From Takakia lepidozioides (taxonomy: Eukaryota > Plantae > Bryophyta), in NCBI GenBank assembly GCA_030704615.1, contig CM060733.1, positions 10,974,001 through 11,038,000 of the forward strand: a stretch of 64,000 nt of DNA, in the 5' to 3' direction. The notes under the pieces are model-generated. The model was given only the letters and a program-made list of their open reading frames with translations, was not told the origin of the DNA and did not search any database. The position numbers and the translations under genes are program-made. This document shows positions 54,474 through 64,000 of the stretch, in pieces (the first letter of the stretch is position 1; every line of letters starts with the position of its first letter).

Positions 54474-55049
54474 GAGGTCGACATCAACCTTGCGTCAACG
54501 CAAGGTTGATGTCGACCTCCAAAGTGTATGTTCTGGGCATGAAATGAGTGTAGATGTTGCACTTGAATCAACCTTGCGTTGACGCGAGGTTGATTCGTGT
54601 GCCTTTTTTGTTCATTCCCACCTCCCGTATACGCTTGGCAGCCATGGAACCGTTGAATGCTCCCGGTGCATCATCAAGTGCCAAGAAGAAACCATAAGTT
54701 GCAATGTGTTTTTTTTTGTTTGTTGAACACCAATCCGAGAGCTCGACATCAACCTTGCGTCAACGCAAGGTTGATGTCGACCTCCAAAGTGTATATTTAT
54801 GAAGGTGACATAAAGCAGATTCAGCACTCGAATCAACCTTGCGTTGACGCGAGGCTGATTTTGATGCCACTCCCAGCATCCGAAGTCTTGCACCAGGAAC
54901 CGCAAAGTAGGGAAAGTTGATTATCTGAAGCCCCCAAAAGAACCTTGCGTCAACGCAAAGCATTTAGTGTGTTCAATGGACTGTTGCGGTATACATTTCA
55001 CACTAAGCTACATCCCCATCAATCAACCTTGCGTCAACGCAAGGTTGAT
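54474..55049. repeat. Six palindromic repeats in intron 1 of the ParB-MTase gene
   Basis: 54474-54519 (perfect 22-bp arms around CA), 54565, 54743, 54831, 54941 and 55022. Confidence 0.95.
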
Positions 55050-56934
55050 CCATGGGAGCTCAATCTGTCACTCACATGGATATTCATTCTCTGCAGAGGA
55101 AAAGAAAAAGGAAATCCGTGGAGGGAGATGCGGCAGTGGCAGACGGTGATGGTGAGGAAGAGTCAATTGAGGGACACTATGAAGACAAGGCCGAGAAGGT
55201 TATGGGTGGGCAGAAAGTGAACTCCTCGAAGGTGATTCTGTCGATGGAGGTTCCCGGCGGAAACCTGGCTATCCCACTATGCAGGATGATCTCTATGCCC
55301 GCGGTTCGACCCGCATTGAGGAACGACATCACGAAGTTGAAGAACGATTTTGTTCACGGCTATGTCAAGGGATCTGCAGTGTTCTATGTATCCACTGTGA
55401 ACACGAAAGGAGAGGAGTGTCTTGTAACAGAGGACATAGAGCAAAGTTGGGATGCATGGTGGCGGGATGTAACCAGGGAGTTTGAGTTCAAGCTGTCCAA
55501 AAAGGCCTCAACAAAAGCGTTTACGGGAAAGATGTTTTTTGTCTGGGATGGGAACCATAGATTGCTTGCCTGGATGGAATACATTTCAAGCTTGCACTCG
55601 GACGAGATCGAATGGCACTGGAGCGTGGTTTCCATTGTACTTGACCACAATGGACGTGTCACACAGCTCTTGACAGCCATGCACGACATAAACAAGTAAG
55701 TTACCAACATTGTTCCCGTTCTGATCTGCGTTTGCACAATTAGAAATCATCTTATGAGTTTAAGTTTTTCCAGGTCCAATGAAACCTCCCATGTGACGAC
55801 AAATCTCTGCCACACTCTATTCCGTATCCAAAAGATAGGGCTGATGCCACTGGAGTCATTCACGAACGTACTCAGTCCTCAGCAGATGAAGAGGTGTGCT
55901 GAAAAGAAGACAAGCACATGGTACAGCCTGACAAGGGAGGCTTTTCTTGACTACATGTACACGGTAAGCTTCTTGACATCTGTTTGATTGTTGTTACTGC
56001 AAATTTTATTAAGAAACGGCAGTGTTTGATTCTTTCTCCCTGTAATGTATGCAGCAAGAAATAACAAAAATTGGTTTGAAGGCGAAAGCAAAGTACTATG
56101 CTTCCCACACAGAAGAGCAGAGGTCTGCAACTGGGCTTGAGGACATTATGAAATTCGAGATGAACAATCAAAGGAAGAACCTCATGAGTGCGTTCGACAA
56201 ACAAATCCGCATAGCAGATCCAAGTCTTGGCACAGAATTTCTGGAACAGGTGAAAGCACATTATGACAAGTATGGCTCCAAGCCAGAGATGACCCAAGAG
56301 AAACTGCATCGCCTTTCCATTTCAATGGTGGACAATGCAACCAAAATCAGGTGGTTGGAGATCTGGAATTCCGATCCACCTGTGAGAGACACCAACATGT
56401 TCCCATCTCCTGAGAGGGACTCGAAGACACAAGCAATAAAAGTTGTTAGCGACCACACATTTGACTAGTAGCTACACAAAGCAACCTTCTGGAGCCAGGT
56501 AAGGTTTCCACAAAACCATTTTCAAATGCTTGTGCTGCTCCGTGCTCTCTCCACAGTTCTTATGATCTTTCTTGCTGCAGTTGGAAAAACAAGCGGTGGC
56601 TGCACTTGGGGAGTCAATGGCAGACTACAAAATCCAGATGGCTTGCCTCCGGATCACACTGGAGGCCTATATCAGGAGATGGAAGCTCGCTGTTTGGAAC
56701 AACTGTTTTTTCAGGGAGTTTGAGAGAGACAAATGAATCTCCAGGTCCTACGAATTCAAAAACCAGTACAACAGCGAGCAAGCAATGAAACGAGTGTTGT
56801 ATAGGTGTGACCTCCAAGAAACAAATCTGGTACTTGAAGTGTATGTTTCTGTATTCTTGTGTCATTTTTTCCATGTAAAACTGCGAATTTGGAGGTTTTG
56901 AGGGAGCTCTGAAGGCTCTGGACGTGCAGCTGAG

Positions 56935-57688
56935 CAACATTGCGTTAACGCAAGCTTGTATCCCCTTGTTTTGGTTTCACTTTCATGTACCTGGGGTATC
57001 CAATGATGTCGTTTTTCTGCATGTGAAAGGGCAAAAACTGATAGGCAAATCAACCTTGCGTCAACGCAAGGTTGATGAAGGGCCATGCTATGTAGGTTTT
57101 TTTATGTTCTTGGGCTGTTTTTTTGGTGGTTTCCAGTTCCAATGCTGCCAGACTGAACTGTTTGGAGTCTGTTTGAAATGCTGTTTAGAGCTTACACTAT
57201 ACCAACAAACAGCCTTGCGTTGACGCAACGTTGTTTTACGGTATGGATTGCTAGAAATGTCCCGCAGAAATACCCCGATTTCCATACAATTGTAGGAAGT
57301 TAAGGTTATCAAATACCATGGACAGGTGTTTCAGCAGAGGAATTCAACCTTGCGTCAACGCAAGGTTGAATATCCATACCAGCAGATCTTCGGATGGTTG
57401 TTTTCAAGCACTGTTTTCCATTTCCTCTGTTAATGAAAACAACCTTGCGTTGACGCAATGTTGAATTCCGTTGTCAATCACTGTCTCTTTCAATGCTACA
57501 TTATCATATGTGGATCCGCCAATCTTATTTGCGTCAACGCAAGGTTGATTGGGGTTCCATGTTGTGCATGAGATGTTTTAGGATAATGGGCTTTCCCTCT
57601 CGTAGGTGCTTGTTGAAAGTGCAGTTCTCCAAATTTGTTGTTTTCCATTTCAGCTCGAATCAACATTGAGTCAACGCAAGGTTGATTC
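56935..57688. repeat. Seven palindromic repeats in the long central intron of the ParB-MTase gene
   Basis: Copies at 56935, 57049, 57207, 57342, 57440, 57529 and 57657; consensus tcaaccttgcgt(ca/tg)acgcaaggttga. Confidence 0.95.
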
Positions 57689-60364
57689 GGGCTTTCAAAC
57701 GTTAGTTTATCAGTGTTACTGACCTGCATGCCAATACCCTTTTCGTGATGTGTGATCTGTGTCCTGATCAGATCGATTGACTGTTTATTTTTTGGGTATG
57801 TGTGTCATTCAGGTACATGTATCATGTCCTCATACCAGGAAAGTACCTTAGCGATGACCCAGACTTCATCTACTCATGGGCTGACCCCTCCAATGACAAG
57901 ACAATGTACACGGCTGGTATTGCCAGAGATTGGAGCAGGGCGCACTTCAGAGACTGTGGGTGGTACCTCGATCTGCCAAAACAGACACACCATTCGATGG
58001 AGTTGTTTTGAGAAACCTTAACAACAACACCGCGGCACTTGCCCCACTAGCTGACAAAGACATTCAGGATAGAATCATTGCTGCTCTGGCTGCAAAAGAG
58101 CCTGAGAAATCTGCTATTCCAAAACGGAAGGGGAAGATTGCAGGGGATCCGAAGGGGAAGGGGAAGAGTGCAGCTCCGCAGGAACAGGGCCCGTCAGAGG
58201 TCGCTGAAAGACAACCTTCTCCAACTAGGAGGGATAGGAGAACAGCAAAGTCGAGGGAGCAGCCTTTCGATGCGAGAGAACATCCATCCAGGGTTCTGGG
58301 CTAGTTCCATCGTAAGGTGGTGAATGAAAGTTTTCTGGCAATGATGGAATCCAGGAATTCCACATTCAAAGGGGTGCCCTCAAAATCATGGGACATGCTT
58401 GTTTCGTTCCTCACTCAGGTAAGCACATATGTCTTAACTTTTGTTTGAATAATTTTGTTTTGGCAACTTGTTCTATCTTGTCGAGGGGATTGATTTCCTG
58501 TTGGATCTGGATTGGGCTTATGACACTGTCTCCTGTTTTTTGCTGTAGGTCACAAAAAGGCCGGATTGGGTGAATGGAGTTCAGCAGGCATACGCGACTG
58601 ACCTTGTGGTGCTGGACATTCCTGACGGTTACCTTGTCCCTGATGTGTTGCCTTCCAATTCAACCCCCACTTGGAACAAATCGGATTCTCGTTATTGGCA
58701 GTGGGCTTTCTCATTCAGCAACAAATTCCTTTATGACTCGGGGGCTCTTCTTCTTATGCAATCAAAGGACATGTCGGCACGGAGAACTCTTTTCAGCTAC
58801 ATGACAGCTTCTGGGTTTCGTGTCATCAAAACTTGGACATGCATCAACACTCTGCATCTTACGAAGGGCGAGTTCCCGGGGCAGAAAGTGAGTTGGTTCC
58901 TTTGAATTAAAGTTTGGTGGTTCTTCAGTAAATGTCAAAAGTAGGTTTTGTCTTTTGCCTCATGCTCTCTTCGTGATTATTGACAGACTCGGGTGTGCCT
59001 GGTGAGGGTGCGTAAGGACACTCTTCCTCCTGGTATTGTTGAGTTCCAATTGAGGGACCTTGCAGCTCACATTGACCCCACCTGCGAGCCTGTGGAGGAT
59101 GATGTAATCTTCAATTACGTGGACTCGGGTCGAACTATGAAAAGGTCGACTGGTGTCCCTTGGAGAGGTGCACGGGAGAAATCCCCAGCTTTCATGCAGA
59201 CTTTGGTGGAGACATGCAGCCGTCACGGTGGACGAGTGGTTGACTTGTCTATGGGAACAGGTGGGGCCCTGAACACTGTGTTTGAAATGTGGGCAGTGAG
59301 CTTAGGGAAGCCATGTTTTGATTTCTCGTTCATCTTCGATTTGCAGGAGCATCTTTTCATGCGTGCAAAAGCGCCGGAAGGCACTTCTTTGGCATGGAGG
59401 CTGATACGGAGCTCTTCTCAAGCGAGCTTCATCAGCTTGAGTCGGGCACTACTTCTGCCCCATAGGGACTTCTTGAGGAGCTCGAAGCGCCTGACGAGGA
59501 TCTCGACGTGGACTCCGATTTTGAGTGTGAGTAAGTTCGGCTCTAGTCGTGCAAAATATGTTGCATTTCCTTTTGTCATTCCCGTTCGACAGATGGTTGC
59601 TTACATTGTCTATTTCTGGATGGTAACATCTACCTCCATTCATCTTCTTGCTTTCCAGAGTTCGGCACCAGTCATCGAATACGCAGACACCTTTCGGTTT
59701 CCAAGGATACTACATGTCCCCAAGTTCCCCTAGAGCTTACCGCTTGCCGGTTTACGCGGAAGCTTACTCACGGGTGTTGTCCCAACAAACAATGTATTCG
59801 CCTCTCCATGGGGGTCGCGGAAAAAAAAAACGTCGCGGATGTGCTGCTGTGTTCATAGATGATATTGCTGTAGACTCTGGAAGTAGTTCCTCTGAAACCT
59901 CCAATAGTTCTTGAGGTTCAAGTATCGAGACTTAATAAAATGTGTTTTGGTTTTGCTTCCATCCCCAAACTGTTTTTCAAGTTCTTCGCGCGTTCCCGTA
60001 AGTACAGCTAGGGATTGCCTGGGGTAGGTCTTCAGATTCCGGCATTCAAAAATGTTTGTGGGTTGGAATGAATGAACTACTTTGCAAAAAAAGGGTTTGC
60101 TGTTAATATTCAATTCTATAGCGGGCGATCTCCTCATTCAAAAATCATGTCCTCGATCCTAAACCATCCACAAACCTACCATTGTTCTTGGTCGGAAAGA
60201 ATATTCATGTGGGGGCGATGAAGAGGGATAAAAAAAAAAGGACATAGGCGACAACCGATCCTATTAGGGGGGGGGGGGGCACGGAATTAGGGCCTGCACA
60301 CGCGGCTGCTTGCTGACGTGGCGTGAGCCTAGCCAGGCTCACAGGCTCATGCGCAAGCATTCCC

Positions 60365-61476
60365 CAATCTAGGCCTCAAATGGCTGCAACCAGGCCAATC
60401 CACAACCCTGCTAGGCTATACATTCGGACTTGACCTCACTGACGAGCAGAGATTTGCACCTATTTTGAGCAAGCTGAAGAGGAAATTGGCTTTTTGGGGA
60501 TCAAAGCATCTGTCAATCATAGGTAGAGCCTTGGTAGTAAATCAAATCATGGAGGCCGGGATCTGGTACTATGCCAGCTCATGGAGATCTAACTCGACTA
60601 AATCCAACAGGTTAAAAAATTGTTGCGTAATTTCATCTGGGGGGCTGAATCGTCATCACAGGGTAAAAGATCCCAAGTGTCGTGAAGCCAAATAGTCTCC
60701 CCAAAAAACAGGGAGGGTTGGGCATCATCGACCCTGAAAAACAGATTGTAGCCCTTCTAGGTAAATGGATACCTCGGTTCATGGGCCCCAAGGGTGGTTG
60801 GTGGAAGTTCATCGTGGCAGACAATATTCTGATGGCCTCCCCTTTTAAAAATGCCTCTTGGGCACCATCATTTCGATGGATTGTCAATGGTTTCAACTTC
60901 AAAAAAGTGGGATCCAGTCTATGGAACTCTATCTGGCAGGCTTGGGGGAGGCTGCGAGGCTTTCTCAAAAAACATGAACCCTCTAACTACTTCGAGATCC
61001 TTCGTCAATACCTTTTCCTTAATACCAATAAGCCAAGCCCTTCCCAGCGAAAAGAGGCAAGCCGCTGGTCAGCATGGGACAACCTGGGTATCTCCCAAAT
61101 GGGTAACCTGTGGTAGGGCAACGGAGTCAAATCGCATTGCTTCGATCTCATTGCTTCAACAGTGGGAAAGGCTAGAGCAAGCAAGTCATACTCAAACCTT
61201 ATTCAAAACATTGACCAAACATGGATTGGGCATTTGAACACTGGACCTATTTTTCCATCACACAATTACTGGGCACTTACCATTCACGACAACCTTCTTA
61301 CCATCCTGTTCGTTAACCATTCCACCTCAAGCAACCACGTCGCCTACGCTTTCCACATTGACCCTCTCACCCTAACCCTCCATCTTCATTCGCAAGAACC
61401 TGTCATCCTACCCCCAACCCTCTTACACCAGTCAGAGTTTGCTGCTGGTCTACTTCTCCGAAAGAAATGGATCCCC

Positions 61477-61518
<42 letters not shown>

Positions 61519-62040
61519 AGGTCTTTCTCACTCAGCCTGGCTTGCCTCTGCCACATTTATCTGGATTCTTGGCAGGCCCCTTGCTGAGTTGCAGTTCGAT
61601 CCTTCCGAATGGTCTTGGGAGTTTGGAAGACAACCAGAACCCTTCTTTTTGTACACCACCAAAAAAGATTACAAGGCTTTGTCCCTGCCAATTTCACTGA
61701 AAGCAAAGTGGGAGTCAAGATGGGCACCTGGGATTTAGAGATGAGAACTGGTCCGCAATCTGGGGCTCTGTGTGGCTAAAGTCAAGGCCTGCCAAAATCC
61801 AAACGTTCCTCTGGCAAGTTGCTAACAGAGTGCTCAAGGTGGGTGAATGGTTATAATTTCAGGACGCCCTCCTTTGCTCCTGCTGCTCATCAGGAATCAT
61901 GGAAAGCCTCGAACATTGTCTCATCTCGTGCCAAGCAGCAGCCATCATTTGGCCACTTATCAAAAACTTTTACTCATGTTGGAGGCTGGGCTGTAAACGC
62001 CTTGTGGGCAGCAACAACACTGTCCATATCATCACTTCTA
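60365..62040 (+). mobile_element. L1-type LINE ORF2 C-terminal part including zf-RVT
   Basis: LAFWGSKHLSIIGRALVVN, LPKKQGGLGIID, LLGKWI, KIQTFLWQV, CSCC...ESLEHCLISC...W. Confidence 0.9.
61478..61518. repeat. Poly(C) homopolymer, ~41 nt
   Basis: Read directly from the sequence. Confidence 0.95.
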
Positions 62041-62074
62041 AGATGATGTTGAGCTCCCTGCGCAATACAGCGTG

Positions 62075-63860
62075 AGGGGTTACACCAGAGAAAAGGGTTA
62101 CAACACGAGGGGTTACACATGAAAAATGGGTTACAAGGAAGGTGGGCTACACGGGGTTACACAGAGGTGGGTTACAAACCATAGGGATTTTTAAAAGGGG
62201 TCCTCTGTAGGTGGGTTACACTCTGGGTTACACGCCACAGGAGAAACAGGGGGGGTAAAACAAAGGGTTACACGGATAGACAACAGCCCGAAATTTGAAA
62301 AACAGAGAAATGGCAGGGAATCTAACTTGATTGTCCGTCGATAGAACCCAACTTGATTTTGCAGCTGTCGCATGGACTGCGCCCTCGCCTCGTGCAACAA
62401 ATTCTTGGAATGTCGGCCAAAACCCCTTCTCATTGACATTCGGAAATGGGAACTGAGGAATAAGGCCATGCGGTAGCAGAAGGATTGAGCCTGGAGTTTG
62501 CTTTCGCAAGATGAACCTTGAGCTCCGGTTTCCCCGGTTTCCAATGTTGATTTTCTTTGCAATAGGGACAGGTAGAGGCGGGCTCAATCGCCGCTTGTCT
62601 CTCTCGTTAGGAACCTGCCGAACAGAAGGACCAGGGACAGAAACAGCAGGAGCACCAGAAGATGGAACCTCTGTAGCAGAAGTAGCCGAAGAAGGTACAA
62701 CACCAGGCACTTCAACATGATCTGCTAATTCACCCAAAACCACCCTATTTTGCAGAATCCATGCATGATATGCATCAACAGAAGAAGCTGGAACAGAATT
62801 CACCACATTTTCAATGGCATGGCATGCTAGAGCTCCGCATCAGGAAACGGTTTTGTTCCTTTCGGTCTGGCCATACATGCGGCCATTCCATCGACAATAT
62901 GCCGATTCAATCTGCTCTTATCTACCTTTACTTCCCCACAGTAAGGACATTTGAACTTAGGCCGGCCCTTTGCTCCCTCCACCTTGGCCTCTCTACACCT
63001 GGTGTGGCAGTACACGATCATTGTAGCATGCTCATGCTCAGTGTACCAGAAGCGAACTCGTTCGCCATCCCTCTTCAAGTGATCAAATGGAATAGTAGCC
63101 TCTCCAGGGAACAGATAACAATCAGCCATTGCAAAAGAAAAAGCTGACAAAAGAGAAGAGAAGAGCAAGAGCAAGACAAGACCAAGAGAATTCCGAAGAA
63201 CGCACAGCAGGGAGCACGCACAACAAGGAGTGCAGGAAGAATAGGAAATGGTTACGAGAAGGGAAAAACTGAACAATGATCAAAGAACGAAGAACGAAGC
63301 TAGCTAGATGTCACCCGTAAGGCACGTCGGTTAAGCGAAAGACGGCGGTTCATTAAAATCTGGTGGCTTGCAATCAACTATATCCGCATTGACTTACACG
63401 TGTATGAGTTGCAATCCTGGTGTCACCCGGAATAGCGGAGTGTAACCCGTAACCCTACACTTGTGAGTGCGACAAACCAGCCGTTACCCGCATGCGAGAC
63501 ACGTCGAGTGTAACCCTCCGTCATGTATCCACATATAATGTAACCCTTCGTCACAACCTCATGTACCCCTAGTCTATGTGACTCCCGAACACAACATCGA
63601 TGTAACCCTGTCATATCAAACCATTAGTATGTAACCTCCAGGTAAACATGGTCAACGTAACACCCCACCTATGTAACCCTAGCCTATGTGGCTCCGTGAG
63701 CGCAACATCCACGTAACCCATCAAACATGTCAACCCCATCTAAACCTCCATTACTAAACCGTCTACCAAGCCACCATGTATTGAGAAAGAAAACACCCCT
63801 GTGTATAACCGTAGCACACGTGACGCAGTCATATAAACCATCAGACATGTAACCGGTTGA
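62075..63860. mobile_element. Unclassified element with oppositely oriented GGGTTACA / TGTAACCC repeat clusters enclosing a decayed zinc-finger-like ORF (minus strand, 62228-63130)
   Basis: About 10 gggttaca-like units at 62077-62270 and about 10 gtaaccc-like units at 63440-63855. The ORF contains FKCPYCG..V.KSRLNRHI. Confidence 0.45.
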
Positions 63861-64000
63861 CAATGCTTGTAGAACACGCAGGATTCGATACGTATTGCAT
63901 CCAGAATAGCGATGAGTAGGCTGCCCCGGCTGGTGTGTGAACAAAAGATACACGAGAGGAGAGTGAATGGGCACCCCGTCAAATGAGCGGCTGCTTGCAT

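Larger units (their letters stand above)
53995..59914 (+). pseudogene. Multi-exon gene for a ParB/Srx-like domain + beta-class N4C/N6A DNA methyltransferase-like fusion protein, with premature stops
   Basis: Probable exons: ~53995-54418, 55097-55695, 55774-55963, 56055-56498, 56581-56804, 57813-58418, 58549-58887, 58987-59260, 59347-~59530, 59659-59914, with GT-AG junctions. ParB-like FVWDGNHRLLAW (DGNHR at 55547-55561). Motif IV-like DLVVLDIPDG (DIPD at 58615-58626) lies before spliced REKSPAFMQTLVETCSRHGGRVVDLSMGT/GASFHACKSAGRHFFGMEAD (motifs X, I and II). Confidence 0.8.
49234..60364. mobile_element. 11.1-kb Mutator-like (non-TIR/degenerate-TIR) DNA transposon inserted in the L1 RT
   Basis: Exact 11-bp duplication caatctaggcc at 49223-49233 and 60365-60375. 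Removing the insert and one copy restores the L1 frame (..ILGVNLG|LKWLQPG..LLGYTFG). Both ends carry gtgagcct / tgacgtggcgtgagcct motifs. Confidence 0.9.

Noticed and set aside
54474-57688. CRISPR array interpretation of the palindromic repeats
   Set aside because: Spacing is irregular (about 80-180 bp), orientation of the centre is mixed, the repeats lie in spliceosomal introns, and there are no cas genes.
53995-59914. Bacterial or phage contamination as the source of the ParB-MTase
   Set aside because: The gene has multiple GT-AG introns, one splitting motif I, and lies inside a TSD-bounded insertion in a plant L1.
49209-60373. Alternative boundaries using cctatattgggg / ccccaatctagg as 12-bp TIRs
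   Set aside because: These give no TSD and do not restore the L1 reading frame, whereas the caatctaggcc duplication does.
61439-61738. Poly-proline ORFs
   Set aside because: They are products of the poly(C) run, whose length may also be a sequencing artefact.
62075-62270. Telomeric repeat array
   Set aside because: The units are GGGTTACA with variable spacers, not tandem TTTAGGG/TTAGGG.

Overview
Eukaryotic, land-plant-type DNA (GT-AG introns, a PPR-DYW remnant, a plant GH35 gene). It is probably a non-seed plant, which is an inference. The left 15 kb holds a LINE-disrupted PPR-DYW pseudogene and a ~19-exon beta-galactosidase on the minus strand. The rest is a nest of transposons: Helitron, CACTA and Copia remnants, then an L1-type LINE (~33.0-62.0 kb) split by large insertions. 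One insertion is a CACTA end containing a 10.3-kb P-element-like transposon with TIRs and an exact 8-bp TSD. The other is an 11.1-kb Mutator-like element with an exact 11-bp TSD and no clean TIRs, and it is the best candidate for an undescribed system. It carries a GCM/WRKY-like zinc + DDE + SWIM transposase. Divergently oriented from that is an intron-containing gene fusing a ParB/Srx-like domain to a bacterial-type beta-class N4C/N6A DNA methyltransferase. About 20 copies of a 26-46-bp palindrome (core AACCTTGCGTCAACGCAAGGTT) sit only in the element's non-coding DNA. The copy here is decayed (stops and frameshifts). All family assignments come from motif recognition by eye; no database searches were run.
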